Positions 9,381 through 20,062 of a stretch of 64,000 nt of DNA are shown here, in pieces. The DNA comes from Parcubacteria bacterium RAAC4_OD1_1. Its GTDB lineage: Bacteria > Patescibacteriota > Minisyncoccia > Phycocordibacterales > UBA9973. The stretch is from contig AWSN01000001.1 in NCBI GenBank assembly GCA_000505065.1, forward strand, positions 487,772 to 551,771. The letters are read 5' to 3'. Under the pieces are notes generated by a model. The model was not told where the DNA came from. It saw nothing but the letters and a program-made list of their open reading frames with translations, and did not search any database. Position numbers and translations under genes: made by a program. Every line of letters begins with the position of its first letter. Position 1 is the first letter of the stretch.

Positions 9381-11672
9381 TTATTGAGCATAACAACTAA
9401 CATCAAAAACTGTTGGCCTTAAAATTCCACTAATTAAAATATCCTCTTGAGTATTTAACCCGCTTCCACAATAACTAGGATCATTTGGATCAGGAGGGTT
9501 ACTTCCACAATCAATATTATTAGCACCATTTGTACATCGGCACTCACATACCATCCCCTCAGTATTTTGAGATGTCCAGCTCACAAATACACTATCCCCC
9601 GTACTTTTATTTATTGGCCCATCCACAGTATCTACTTTCACATCAACAATAGGCTCTGGATATATCATATTAAGAGTATCTCTCTCAAGAAGGGCTGGAT
9701 TGTAATTACTATAAAGAAGGTCGGGGTCTGTATTTCCATAATAATTAACAGCAAGAGTACTATCTGACTGCCATACTATTGAAGAGCTTGTTGGTGTGTC
9801 TTGTTTTGTAATCATCCAAAGAAAATGAATTTTATCAACACCACCAAAAGAAGTTGGTATGTTTTTATATATATTAAAGTCTGTAGTATAATCACCCCAA
9901 TAATTGGTCAACAAAGAAATATTTAATGGGATACTATTATTAAACCAATTCCAAAGTGCTGTCACCTTATCGTCGCGAAAATAATGATGTATGAGATTAT
10001 TATTATAATTTTCTAAAATATCAATATTTAAATATAAACCATAATAAAGACTGCAATTAGAGTATGATCCTGAAGTCCCACAATAAAAACCACCCCAAGG
10101 TTCTGCAATACCTCCAGGAGAACTATAATCTTTGTCACCTTCATAAGAATCTCCTGATATATTAAACCACAAAACAACAGGTATTGTTGTTGTAATAGTA
10201 TAAGTTGAACCACCAGCTGAAGGATTTTGAACATCATAAGGTATAAAATAACTAGTACCTGATGAAAGTAAATTATCAAAAGTTATTGTGTCTGCTTTAA
10301 CTGAATCTATTGGTATAAATAAAAATGAGGTAAATAGAAATAATAAAATAATTATACTGATATTATTCATATTATTATCAGTCTTATTTATATCTACTGA
10401 TTGTAAATTTTTCTTTTTCTTAAAATATAAGTAGGAAATAATAATGAGAAGAAGTAATATTAAAATAATAGCAATATTTGATATTGATATTTTAGAGACA
10501 GATGTTGTTTTAATATTGAAATCTTCTTGATCTAAGATATTGCCATCTTCATCTTTAAGAGTAATTAAAATACTAGGATTAAAACATTTTGAAGTTATTA
10601 ATGTTGGAAATTCTACCTTTATTGAAGTTTGATTACTTAAATCTTTAGTACTTGGTTCAGCACATAAATTACCTTTCCCATTTTTAATTTCCACTTCAGA
10701 CAATATTTTAACTGGTAATGCTGTCGAATACCTCCCCCTAAGAAAAACATCAATAGATGGAAAATATGCAAAAGAAATTAAAGCATTATCTCCTTTTTTA
10801 TAATAATCCTTATCTAAAAACAAACTATTAATTGTAGCATTTGAACCACGTATAACATAAAAAATGTTTATAATATTTGATTTTATATTTTCATTTCCTA
10901 AAGTGAAGTTCAAACTATAAGGATTGGGGACGGATGATTTGGGTAAAATAACAGAAAATTCTTTTGTTTTAAGTGGATCAATTACAATAGATTTATTATT
11001 TATATCAGATACTTCAGCGACATCACCAAAAGAAGAATTTATGTATGTTTTATAAGAAGGTTGTACAGAAATTACTGAATCACTAAAATTTTCTACAGTA
11101 CAAAAAAGATTTAAATTTTCGTCTGTTTTTATATCAACCCCTTGATTTAATTTATATTTTAAATTACTCTTCTCACCTTCAACTTTTAAATAACAAGTTT
11201 CAGGAAGAATTCTAATTCCTTTTAAAGAAGAAGTTAGATGAACTTTTTTAATAATATAATCTGCAAACGGAAGATTGTTACTATTTTTACTAGATAGAAC
11301 AATATTATATTCACCATCTAAATAATCTGGTGCAATATAATCAATAGACTTATCAGTTTTTGAATTTGGATTTAATGTCAAAAAATCATCATATATTTTT
11401 TCATCTAATAAATATTGTCCTTTATCTGTATTTTGAATTAGCCTAATCCCATATCTGACATCAGTTTGTAAACCTTGGCCATTTACAAGAGAAAAAAAGA
11501 TATTAAATTTATTATTTTCTTGAGAAACTATTTTTACATTTTCTAAATTTATTTCAGCAAGTGTTATACTTTTTACTTCTTTAGTATCAACCTTTTCTTC
11601 CGCAAAGATAGAAAAAGGTAAGACTAAAGAAAAAATCAAAAAAACGAAACTGGCTCTTAATATTTTTTTCAT
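9381..11672 (-). CDS. Hypothetical surface protein with two extracytoplasmic domains separated by a TM - KKKK loop - TM hairpin; Cys-rich C-terminus
   Basis: 763 aa. An N-terminal signal peptide is followed by an internal TM helix, a KKKK loop, and a second signal-peptide-like helix (MNNISIIILLFLF...). The C-terminal domain is W/Y/N-rich. Confidence 0.5.
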   Translation of the reverse strand: MKKILRASFVFLIFSLVLPFSIFAEEKVDTKEVKSITLAEINLENVKIVSQENNKFNIFFSLVNGQGLQTDVRYGIRLIQNTDKGQYLLDEKIYDDFLTLNPNSKTDKSIDYIAPDYLDGEYNIVLSSKNSNNLPFADYIIKKVHLTSSLKGIRILPETCYLKVEGEKSNLKYKLNQGVDIKTDENLNLFCTVENFSDSVISVQPSYKTYINSSFGDVAEVSDINNKSIVIDPLKTKEFSVILPKSSVPNPYSLNFTLGNENIKSNIINIFYVIRGSNATINSLFLDKDYYKKGDNALISFAYFPSIDVFLRGRYSTALPVKILSEVEIKNGKGNLCAEPSTKDLSNQTSIKVEFPTLITSKCFNPSILITLKDEDGNILDQEDFNIKTTSVSKISISNIAIILILLLLIIISYLYFKKKKNLQSVDINKTDNNMNNISIIILLFLFTSFLFIPIDSVKADTITFDNLLSSGTSYFIPYDVQNPSAGGSTYTITTTIPVVLWFNISGDSYEGDKDYSSPGGIAEPWGGFYCGTSGSYSNCSLYYGLYLNIDILENYNNNLIHHYFRDDKVTALWNWFNNSIPLNISLLTNYWGDYTTDFNIYKNIPTSFGGVDKIHFLWMITKQDTPTSSSIVWQSDSTLAVNYYGNTDPDLLYSNYNPALLERDTLNMIYPEPIVDVKVDTVDGPINKSTGDSVFVSWTSQNTEGMVCECRCTNGANNIDCGSNPPDPNDPSYCGSGLNTQEDILISGILRPTVFDVSCYAQ

Positions 11673-11712
11673 AGAAAATTTTTTAAATTATTATTTTTAA
11701 ATACTACTTTTA

Positions 11713-11722
11713 ATTATACCAC
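11713..11722 (-). promoter_or_regulatory. Extended -10 (GTGGTATAAT) promoter of gene 9381-11672
   Basis: The same block as at 8426, about 40 nt upstream of the ATG. Confidence 0.5.
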
Positions 11723-11753
11723 CTATCAATCAACAAAAGCAAAACACTTAACC

Positions 11754-12509
11754 CCAGATAGTGGTTTAACCACTATCTGGAAGATTTTCATCTTCTAGTA
11801 AGGAAACTTTTCCTCTTTCTTTTCTAATAATTTCTACAATTTCCTCTGAATGTTGTTTAAAATCTGAAATACCCTTAAAAACTTCAAGAATTCTTAAACC
11901 CTCTTCTTTCGAAACAATATTAAAATCATTATTTTCATATTCATTGTCACTAGCAAGAATAAGATCTTTTAAATCTTCTGGGATATCATGAACTTGATAA
12001 TTTTTATTTACATATCCAATAATTTTATTAAAATAATTTTCATTACCCATCAATTGAGACTTAAAAGTTCCCTGAAAAAGCGATCCGGAGCGAGAATTTT
12101 TTACATTAAAATAGTAAGTATAAGCTCCTTGTAATTTCTGCATAAATTTAGCTATTCCTCCATCTACATTTTGTTTCAAAACAAAATGAAAATGATTTGG
12201 ATTTAAACAATAAGCAACAACTAAAACTAATGGTTTATCCCCAGATAGTGGTTTAACCACTATCTGGGATTTTTTTGTCTTTCTTAAGTTTGACAAACTC
12301 ACTATTTTTTCTATTTTATTAAATTCTTTTATACTTTCAATAAATCTAAATAAATCACTCTTATCAGAAAAAATGTTTCTCTTGTCAACCCCCCTATTGT
12401 AAATATGGTAATATTCTCCATTTAATAAAGGTTGTTTTCTTAACATGTTCTTATTATATCATATAATCAAATCTACAGATAGTGGTTTAACCACTATCTG
12501 TAGATTTGA
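11754..12509 (-). mobile_element. RAYT paralog 1 unit bounded by P1 palindromes (ccagatagtggtttaaccactatctgg)
   Basis: P1 copies lie at 11754-11780 and 12241-12267 (internal), and an extended 43-nt perfect palindrome lies at 12467-12509. Confidence 0.6.
11766..12446 (-). CDS. IS200-like HuH tyrosine transposase, REP-associated (RAYT-like), paralog 1
   Basis: YHIYNRGV near the N-terminus and a HuH motif in CLNPNHFHFVL, then AYTYYF. The gene is flanked by palindrome P1 copies, one copy is internal, and P1 supplies the stop codon. Confidence 0.7.
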   Translation of the reverse strand: MLRKQPLLNGEYYHIYNRGVDKRNIFSDKSDLFRFIESIKEFNKIEKIVSLSNLRKTKKSQIVVKPLSGDKPLVLVVAYCLNPNHFHFVLKQNVDGGIAKFMQKLQGAYTYYFNVKNSRSGSLFQGTFKSQLMGNENYFNKIIGYVNKNYQVHDIPEDLKDLILASDNEYENNDFNIVSKEEGLRILEVFKGISDFKQHSEEIVEIIRKERGKVSLLEDENLPDSG

Positions 12510-12660
12510 TTAAGTATTGCATAAATTAGATTCTTATAGTAACATTCTATATGTAACAGTCCGTTTTCAAACCGGGCTTTTATTTTTCTTAAATGTCGAA
12601 TTTAAGAATAACAATTTAATAACAATTTAATAAAAAGGTCTCTTGTTTTTATTGTATTTT

Positions 12661-12692
12661 ACTAGAACATAAAAACTAGAACCTAGAACTTA
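12661..12692 (+). promoter_or_regulatory. ACTAG-repeat leader motif immediately upstream of the nusA start codon
   Basis: actagaacataaaaactagaacctagaacttaac ends 4 nt before the ATG. Confidence 0.5.
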
Positions 12693-12696
12693 ACAA

Positions 12697-13914
12697 ATGT
12701 TAGACCTAAAAACAATGAAGTCAGCACTGGAACAGCTTGAGCAAGAAAGAAAAATCCCTCGTGATAAAATCATAGATGCCATAGAACAAGCCTTAGCTGC
12801 TGCTTATAAAAAAGATTATGGTAAAAAAGGTCAAATAATCCGTGCCAAAATTGACATAGAAAATGGAGATATGGAATTCTACCAAGTCAAAATAGTAGTA
12901 GATGAATCTTTAGTCCGCATTCCTAAATTAGACGAAGAAGGAAATGAGGAAGAAGACGAAGAAATTGCAGAAGATGATGAAAGAGTTCGATATAATGAAG
13001 AACATCACATACTAATAGAAGATGCTAAAAAGATAAAAAACAACATAGTTTTAGAAGAAGAAATTATATTCCCATTAGAAAATAAAGACGATTTCGGAAG
13101 AATAGCAGCTCAGACAGCCAAGCAAGTTATAATTCAAAAAATTCGTGAAGCTGAAAGAGGGGCTATAATCGAAGAATATGGAAGTCGTGAAGGTGAAATC
13201 ATAAATGGTACAGTATCTAAAATAGAAAGAGGCGTCCTTTATATAGATTTCAATCGTGCGACAGGTATCATCCTCCCAGAAGAACAAATTCCAGGAGAAT
13301 TTTACAAGAGAGGAGATAGGATAAAAGCTTATTTATACTCTATAGAAGAAACCCCAAGAGGAGTAAATTTAAAACTTTCTCGTACTCACCCTGAATTTAT
13401 AGAAGGATTATTTGCAATGGAAGCTCCAGAAATATCAGGAGGAGTAGTAGAAATTAAATCCATAGCCAGAGAGCCGGGCTCACGTTCAAAAATATCTGTT
13501 TATTCCAATGATGAGCACATTGACCCAGTGGGATCTTGTGTCGGACAAAAAGGAGTCAGAGTTTCAACTGTTATGAGTGAGCTAGGTGGAGAAAAAATAG
13601 ACATAATACCTTGGTCACCTGATCCAGCTACATACATAAGTAGTGCTCTTTCTCCTGCTAATGTCTTAAATATTGAAACAGACGAAGAAGGACACAAAGC
13701 TACAATAGAAGTCGCCAATGATCAGCTTTCACTTGCTATTGGTAAAGGGGGGCAAAATGTCCGCCTTGCTGCAAAACTTACTGGATGGAGAATCGATATA
13801 AAAAGCATAGATAAGAACAATGAAACAGTTGGTGAAAACACAGAAGATGATAATATAGAAGAAGCTAGTGAAAACATCGATGACGGTATCATTGATGATG
13901 GCACAGAAGCATAA
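12697..13914 (+). CDS. nusA: Transcription termination/antitermination factor NusA
   Basis: The N-terminal domain is followed by S1 and KH domains (GQKGVRV, GKGGQNVRLAA) and an acidic tail. Confidence 0.9.
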   Translation: MLDLKTMKSALEQLEQERKIPRDKIIDAIEQALAAAYKKDYGKKGQIIRAKIDIENGDMEFYQVKIVVDESLVRIPKLDEEGNEEEDEEIAEDDERVRYNEEHHILIEDAKKIKNNIVLEEEIIFPLENKDDFGRIAAQTAKQVIIQKIREAERGAIIEEYGSREGEIINGTVSKIERGVLYIDFNRATGIILPEEQIPGEFYKRGDRIKAYLYSIEETPRGVNLKLSRTHPEFIEGLFAMEAPEISGGVVEIKSIAREPGSRSKISVYSNDEHIDPVGSCVGQKGVRVSTVMSELGGEKIDIIPWSPDPATYISSALSPANVLNIETDEEGHKATIEVANDQLSLAIGKGGQNVRLAAKLTGWRIDIKSIDKNNETVGENTEDDNIEEASENIDDGIIDDGTEA

Positions 13915-13968
13915 TTATTTGTATTAATTAAAGGTCATAAAAAATTATTATAAAAATTTATTAATTTA

Positions 13969-14001
13969 TACTAGTCACTAGAAACTAGTCACTAGAAACT
14001 A
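13969..14001 (+). promoter_or_regulatory. ACTAG-repeat leader motif upstream of hppA (tandem actagtcactagaaa x2), preceded by a TATACT -10-like box
   Basis: actagtcactagaaactagtcactagaaactaa ends 5 nt before the ATG. Confidence 0.55.
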
Positions 14002-14006
14002 ATTGT

Positions 14007-16037
14007 ATGAGTATATTTATCTGGTTTGCATTAGGGGCATCTGTTTTAGCAATCATTTATGGATTGTTCCTTATAAAAGTAGTATTGAGCAAAGACACGG
14101 GTGATGAGAAAATGAAATCTATCGCACTTGCTATCCAACAAGGAGCAAAAGCATATCTAAATCGCCAATATAAAACTATTGGAATTATTGCAATCATTCT
14201 TTTTCTTATAATTGGATTTGTTCCAATGTTAGGATGGATGATGGCGATAAGCTTCTTAGTCGGAGCGATACTTTCTGCTATTGCAGGATACATAGGTATG
14301 AACATTTCTGTTCGTGCTAACGTAAGAACAACCGAAGAAGCAAAAAAGGGTCTAAAAGAAGCTCTATCTCTTGCTTTTAAAGGAGGTTCTGTCACAGGAC
14401 TTCTTGTTGTTGGACTTGCTCTTTTAGGAGTCACATTATTTTATATAATTGCACAAAAATTTGTAGGGGCTCACGCTGTTAAATCTTTAGTGGGTCTTTC
14501 GTTTGGAGCATCACTTATTTCAGTTTTCGCTCGTCTTGGTGGAGGAATATTTACAAAAGCAGCTGATGTAGGAGCAGATCTTGTCGGTAAAATTGAAGCT
14601 GGTATCCCAGAAGACGACCCAAGAAACCCTGCCGTTATTGCTGATAATGTTGGAGACAATGTCGGAGACTGTGCAGGTATGGCTGCAGATTTATTTGAAA
14701 CTTATGCTGTAACATCTGTTGCAACTATGCTTTTAGGATCTCTAGTTTTCTCAGGTTTTGATAACGCAATAATATATCCCCTTGCAATTGGTGGAGTATC
14801 TATTATTTCTACAATCATCGGGACATGGTTTGTAAGACTTGGAAAAAAAGGAAATATAATGGGTGCACTTTACAAAGGGCTTATGGTGTCAGGATTACTT
14901 TCTGCTATTGCATTCTGGCCTATTACAAAATGGCTAATGACAGGTCAAGAAAAATATACAGTTGGTGGATTATATATAAGTGCACTTATTGGTATTATCG
15001 TTACTGCTCTTATAATTATCATTACAGAATATTATACTTCTACAAAATATTATCCAGTAAAATCTATAGCTCAAGCTTCCGTTTCAGGACATGGGACAAA
15101 TGTAATCCAAGGTCTTGCAATCTCTATGAAGTCAACAGCTCTTCCACTCATCGCGATCGTCGCAGGTATCTTAGCCTCTTATCATTTTGGTGAATTATAT
15201 GGTGTAGCAGTTGCTGCTATGTCTATGCTTTCTCTTACTGGTATCATTGTTGCAATTGATTCCTTTGGCCCTATTACAGATAATGCCGGTGGAATTGCTG
15301 AAATGGCTGAACTTCCAGAGTCCGTTCGTGCAGTCACAGATCCACTTGATGCAGTTGGAAACACCACAAAAGCAGTCACAAAAGGTTATGCTATCGGTTC
15401 AGCAGGACTTGCAGCACTTGTGCTCTTTTCATCTTACACACAAGAATTTGCAGATCTAGGAATTAATTTGAAATTTGATTTAGGAGATCCATTAGTTATC
15501 GTAGGACTTTTGATTGGAGGACTTCTTCCTTATTATTTCGGTGCACTTTCTATGGAAGCAGTAGGAAAAGCTGCGGGTAAAGTTGTAGAAGAAGTTAGAA
15601 GACAATTTAGAGAAATAAAAGGAATTATGGATGGAAGTGGTAAACCAGAATATGGCACATGTGTAGATATCGTCACAGGAAGTGCTATCAAACAAATGGT
15701 TGTCCCTGCTCTTATCCCAGTTCTTGCACCCATACTTGTAGGTATTATACTTGGACCAGAAGCTTTAGGTGGGCTTCTTGTCGGGTCAATAGTCACAGGA
15801 TTATTCGTTGCAATATCAATGACTTCCGGTGGTGGAGCATGGGATAATGCAAAGAAATATATTGAGCTTGGAAACTTTGGTGGAAAAGGATCAGATGCTC
15901 ACAAAGCAGCTGTCACAGGAGACACAGTTGGAGATCCTTACAAAGATACTGCTGGCCCAGCAATAAACCCAATGATAAAAATTCTAAACATTATTGCTCT
16001 TATTATCGTGCCTATATTAGTTGCAATTTGGTTTTAA
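14007..16037 (+). CDS. hppA: Membrane-bound proton-translocating pyrophosphatase
   Basis: The [19 protein letters not shown] and [17 protein letters not shown] motifs are present, and the 676-aa protein is polytopic. Confidence 0.9.
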   Translation: MSIFIWFALGASVLAIIYGLFLIKVVLSKDTGDEKMKSIALAIQQGAKAYLNRQYKTIGIIAIILFLIIGFVPMLGWMMAISFLVGAILSAIAGYIGMNISVRANVRTTEEAKKGLKEALSLAFKGGSVTGLLVVGLALLGVTLFYIIAQKFVGAHAVKSLVGLSFGASLISVFARLGGGIFTKAADVGADLVGKIEAGIPEDDPRNPAVIADNVGDNVGDCAGMAADLFETYAVTSVATMLLGSLVFSGFDNAIIYPLAIGGVSIISTIIGTWFVRLGKKGNIMGALYKGLMVSGLLSAIAFWPITKWLMTGQEKYTVGGLYISALIGIIVTALIIIITEYYTSTKYYPVKSIAQASVSGHGTNVIQGLAISMKSTALPLIAIVAGILASYHFGELYGVAVAAMSMLSLTGIIVAIDSFGPITDNAGGIAEMAELPESVRAVTDPLDAVGNTTKAVTKGYAIGSAGLAALVLFSSYTQEFADLGINLKFDLGDPLVIVGLLIGGLLPYYFGALSMEAVGKAAGKVVEEVRRQFREIKGIMDGSGKPEYGTCVDIVTGSAIKQMVVPALIPVLAPILVGIILGPEALGGLLVGSIVTGLFVAISMTSGGGAWDNAKKYIELGNFGGKGSDAHKAAVTGDTVGDPYKDTAGPAINPMIKILNIIALIIVPILVAIWF

Positions 16038-16053
16038 AATTTAAAATAATCAC

Positions 16054-16091
16054 GCATCAAAAAATCCTCCGAATGGAGGATTTTTTGATGC
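16054..16091. terminator. Bidirectional terminator after hppA
   Basis: The sequence is gcatcaaaaaatcctccgaatggaggattttttgatgc. Confidence 0.7.
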
Positions 16092-16104
16092 GAACAACTT
16101 TATT

Positions 16105-16944
16105 TTAAATTTTATATATCTGATTTAATTTTTTAAATTCATCTAGATAGTCATTAATTCCTAAAATAGATTTTTCATATCTATCAATAAAAATATCCTT
16201 TTCCTCATCTGAATAATTTTCAGAAGCTTTAAAATCCTCCATACTTTTCTTTAGAACTTGATCTATGTATTTTTCAGAATTATTTATTAATTCTTCGGGT
16301 GTTCTATAATAACCAATTTTATGAGAGAAACTATTAATATTACCATTTCTATTCACAAATCTAATCAATGGAATAAAATCACCTTGCCCATCTACACTAT
16401 CACGACTTTTGATTGCTTTAAATTTTTTTTGAGCATCAAGTCTATTTTCAATTTCTGGAATACGTTCCTGAATTTCTTTTAATTTACCAGAAAGTAAATC
16501 AATCTGACTAGCAATTTCTGGATAGTCTTTTGATAAAACATCTCCTCCTTTATTTTGATCATCGTGGTATCCATAAATCTTAAATTTATTTTCAAGGTGA
16601 TCAATAGCTTCTTTTATCTGCCCATAAGCTTTCAATAAAGAATTTGGATCATTTTTTATGTTCTCGTCATCAAAATTTTCTAATTGCCAAGACATGTTGT
16701 TTAAATACATAGATCTAATCGTAAAGGATCCATCAGAAGATCTATTTTCTCTCTCCTTGTCGTATCTATTGTAAGGAATTCTTGCATCTTCAAGATTACT
16801 TAAAAGGTTCTTAGCGTCATCTCTTATATTTTGAATCATATCTCTAACTTCAATCAAACCATTTTGTAACTCTTTTGAAAATTCAGTATTATTTTCTTTT
16901 TTTTCAATTTCATTAGTTTTATTAAAAGATCCTTCTATTCCCAT
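16105..16944 (-). CDS. Hypothetical cytoplasmic protein (charged, coiled)
   Basis: A lone minus-strand 279-aa ORF with terminators on both sides. Confidence 0.5.
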   Translation of the reverse strand: MGIEGSFNKTNEIEKKENNTEFSKELQNGLIEVRDMIQNIRDDAKNLLSNLEDARIPYNRYDKERENRSSDGSFTIRSMYLNNMSWQLENFDDENIKNDPNSLLKAYGQIKEAIDHLENKFKIYGYHDDQNKGGDVLSKDYPEIASQIDLLSGKLKEIQERIPEIENRLDAQKKFKAIKSRDSVDGQGDFIPLIRFVNRNGNINSFSHKIGYYRTPEELINNSEKYIDQVLKKSMEDFKASENYSDEEKDIFIDRYEKSILGINDYLDEFKKLNQIYKI

Positions 16945-17103
16945 AAAATTTATTCGCTTTCGCGTAAGCTATTTATTAATACCCCAATTCTACCTTTTAT
17001 TAATATCTTTCGTCAAGAAACCAATTTAAAAATTAGGGTTTGTAAAATATCAATTTTTAGTATAAGATGTGAACGTTAGATTAATAGATTTAAAATCAAT
17101 AAT

Positions 17104-18186
17104 ATGAAAGTAAATATCAAAAAATTAGAAAAAAGTGAAGTGGAAATAGTGGGCACCATAGAAGCAGAGGAATTTATGAAATATGAAGAGAAAGCTCTCG
17201 AGAAGATAAACGAGCGTGTAGAGCTCCCTGGGTTTAGGAAAGGCAAAGCCCCTGTCGATATGATCAAAAGTTCAGTTCCTGAGATGGAGCTTCTAGAGGA
17301 AATGGCTGAAAAAGCACTTAGTGATAATTATGGAAAAATTTTAGAAGATAATAAAATTGATGCTATTGGTCGCCCACAAATTCAAATTACAAAAATCGGT
17401 AAAGGTTCTGATTTGGAATTCAAAATTTTAACTGCAGTTATTCCAGAAGTTAAATTAGGAGATTATAAAAAGATTGCAAAAACAGAAAATAGTAAAGAGG
17501 AAAATAAAAAAGAAATTGTTATTGAAGAAAAAGATGTTGAGAAAGTCATAGACGACCTTCGTAAAATGCGCGCAAATCAAAAGAACAATTCTCATGAAGG
17601 ACATGAGGAAATGACTGAGGAGGAACACGCACAAGCTCATGCAAATGAAACCGAGGTCCCAGAAAGTGAGTGGCCAGCTTTCGATGATGAGTTTGCAAAA
17701 AGTTTCGGCAATTTTAAAACTGCGGAAGAACTTAAAGAAAAAATTACATCAAATTTAAAAATAGAAAAAGAAACAGAAGCAAAAGACAAAGTACGGCTCG
17801 CAATCATAGAAGAGCTTGTGAAACAATCTGAAATAGAAATTCCAGAAATCCTTATCCAAAGTGAAACAGATAAAATCCTATACAAACTACAAGCAGACAT
17901 AACTAATGTCGGATTTAAATTCGAAGATTATTTAAAACAAATAAACAAAACCGAAGAAGATTTGAGGAAAGAATGGAGACCCGACGCCGAGAAACGTGCG
18001 AAACTCCAAATGATCATCCACGATATCTCTATAAAAGAAAACTTAAAACCAACAGAAGAAGAAATAGAAAATGACGTCGTCAAAATCACCGAGATGTATA
18101 AAGAAGCCGACCCCACCCGCGCCCGCGCCTATGTCGAACAAATGCTCGAAAATGAAAAAGTATTCACATTTCTTGAGAAACAATAG
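17104..18186 (+). CDS. tig: Trigger factor, short form apparently lacking the PPIase domain
   Basis: The N-terminal ribosome-binding motif ELPGFRKGKAP is present. At 360 aa the protein has an acidic linker where the FKBP domain would be. Confidence 0.7.
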   Translation: MKVNIKKLEKSEVEIVGTIEAEEFMKYEEKALEKINERVELPGFRKGKAPVDMIKSSVPEMELLEEMAEKALSDNYGKILEDNKIDAIGRPQIQITKIGKGSDLEFKILTAVIPEVKLGDYKKIAKTENSKEENKKEIVIEEKDVEKVIDDLRKMRANQKNNSHEGHEEMTEEEHAQAHANETEVPESEWPAFDDEFAKSFGNFKTAEELKEKITSNLKIEKETEAKDKVRLAIIEELVKQSEIEIPEILIQSETDKILYKLQADITNVGFKFEDYLKQINKTEEDLRKEWRPDAEKRAKLQMIIHDISIKENLKPTEEEIENDVVKITEMYKEADPTRARAYVEQMLENEKVFTFLEKQ

Positions 18187-18240
18187 AGTAAAAAATCTAA
18201 ACAAAAAAGAAGCCTAGTTTTTTAGGCTTCTTTTTGATTG

Positions 18241-18948
18241 TCATACAAACAACCGCTTTTTTTGTTCCCAAAGTAAGTTTAATTTTTTTGATAATGCCTT
18301 GTTATACAAAAAACCAATAATAATCATTGAGGCAAAGATTGATAAATCAACCAAAATAATTACTGCAACAGCTCTGTCGCGATCAATACTTGAAGCATAA
18401 TTTTGTATAGGTATTGATAAAACTTTAAAATAAGTAATTATTACAATAATAGATGTTAAGAAAAATAATATCCCAAGCCATTCTTTAATAGCTAAAATCC
18501 TATTCTCCTTATGACAAATTTTATCAATCATTTTTTCATCATCTTTTTTGGGTTCTTCATTCCATAATCCAAAAATACAAGTCAATAGCAATCCTAGCCC
18601 TTCTATAAGAGACAAAATGGCACCAGCTCGGAAAGAAGACTGTCTGGTTGATAGAGGACTTCCAAAATCAAAATCATCCCAATACTCCAAGCGCTTACGA
18701 TGAACACTCAGACTTTTATCTATACCGTCAAGGCTTGTCGCAATTCTAGCCGCAGACATCATTGACATTGATGATTGATGCAGGGAATTGATTTTTATCT
18801 CTCTTTCTTTTTCCAATTTTGTAATCATTAATAAATTGTTATTAACTCTTTTTTCAATGAATACATCACTAGAAATATTAGATAGAATGGCGGACACAAT
18901 AAGAAATAAAAAACCTGAAATTAAAAAAACTTTTTTCATAATACACAT
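18241..18948 (-). CDS. Hypothetical membrane protein
   Basis: 235 aa with several TM helices. Confidence 0.45.
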   Translation of the reverse strand: MCIMKKVFLISGFLFLIVSAILSNISSDVFIEKRVNNNLLMITKLEKEREIKINSLHQSSMSMMSAARIATSLDGIDKSLSVHRKRLEYWDDFDFGSPLSTRQSSFRAGAILSLIEGLGLLLTCIFGLWNEEPKKDDEKMIDKICHKENRILAIKEWLGILFFLTSIIVIITYFKVLSIPIQNYASSIDRDRAVAVIILVDLSIFASMIIIGFLYNKALSKKLNLLWEQKKRLFV

Positions 18949-19179
18949 TTTTTAAATTAATAATATAATTTTAATTCTCATCCCTAATATCTTTATTAAA
19001 ATACCAAAGACGAGAACTAAAATTCATTAACCAAAAAAATGAAAACTTTTATCAAAGAACTTAACCTCCTTTTTATATTATAGCATATTTAATACCATTT
19101 TGTCAAGGTATATAAAATCTCCATTTTTCCTGATATAATCACCATATTATCAGTAATTTCTCTAGTTGTTATTTTCTAA

Positions 19180-19207
19180 TCACTAGAAACTAGCCACTAG
19201 CAACTAA
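19180..19207 (+). promoter_or_regulatory. ACTAG-repeat leader motif upstream of clpP
   Basis: The sequence is tcactagaaactagccactagcaactaa. Confidence 0.55.
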
Positions 19208-19211
19208 TTTT

Positions 19212-19799
19212 ATGCTTATACCAACAGTTATAGAAAAAACAATGAATGGCGAGCGAGCTTACGACATATACTCTCGCCTTTTAAATGAACGAATAATATT
19301 TCTTGGAGGGCCGATCGATGATCACACAGCGAACCTCATCATCGCTCAGCTTCTTTACCTTGATCATGTTGATCCAAAGAAAGATATTAGTCTTTATATC
19401 AATTCCCCTGGTGGATCAGTCACCGCAGGTCTTGCGATTATCGACACGATGAATTTTATCAAAAGTGATGTCTCTACCATTTGCGTCGGCATCGCTGCTT
19501 CGATGGGGGCACTCATACTTTCTTCTGGTCAAAAAGGGAAACGTTTCACTCTTCCAAATTCTGAAGTTATGATCCACCAAGTGATGGGTGGAGCAGAAGG
19601 CCAAGCATCTGATATCGCCATCAATGCCAAGCACATTCTCCGCACAAAAGATACCTTGAACAAAATTCTTGCTCAAAATACAAATAAAAAAATGGAGCAA
19701 GTAGAAAAAGATTCCGACCGCGACTACTGGATGACAAGTGATGAAGCCAAAAAGTACGGCATCATCGATGAGATAATCTCAAAACCAAAAGGAAAATAA
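19212..19799 (+). CDS. clpP: ATP-dependent Clp protease proteolytic subunit
   Basis: The catalytic region has the motifs GIAASMGA and MIHQ. Confidence 0.9.
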   Translation: MLIPTVIEKTMNGERAYDIYSRLLNERIIFLGGPIDDHTANLIIAQLLYLDHVDPKKDISLYINSPGGSVTAGLAIIDTMNFIKSDVSTICVGIAASMGALILSSGQKGKRFTLPNSEVMIHQVMGGAEGQASDIAINAKHILRTKDTLNKILAQNTNKKMEQVEKDSDRDYWMTSDEAKKYGIIDEIISKPKGK

Positions 19800-19813
19800 A
19801 TTCCGGTAAATCA

Positions 19814-19849
19814 ATAGCCTCGCAAGCTTTGCTTGCGAGGCTATTTTTT
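19814..19849 (+). terminator. Terminator after clpP
   Basis: The sequence is atagcctcgcaagctttgcttgcgaggctatttttt. Confidence 0.7.
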
Positions 19850-20062
19850 AAATCCTAGACAAAAACTCATTTTTGGAGTATATTGAAAGTATCGAATTTT
19901 AAAAGTTTTTATTACATGTTCGCTTTCAAATACAGTCACGAAATATTTTTATTTATGAACCAAAAAGAAAACAATCGTTTCGTTCTAAATCAATCATACT
20001 TGTTTGTAAAACCCATAAATAACAAGGGTCTATCTGTGTTTTAAAGCGACATAAAAGTCGTT

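Noticed and set aside
18100-18140. GC-rich patch gccgaccccacccgcgcccgcgcc inside tig, considered as another palindromic element
   Set aside because: It is not self-complementary. It simply encodes ADPTRARAY in the C-terminal domain.
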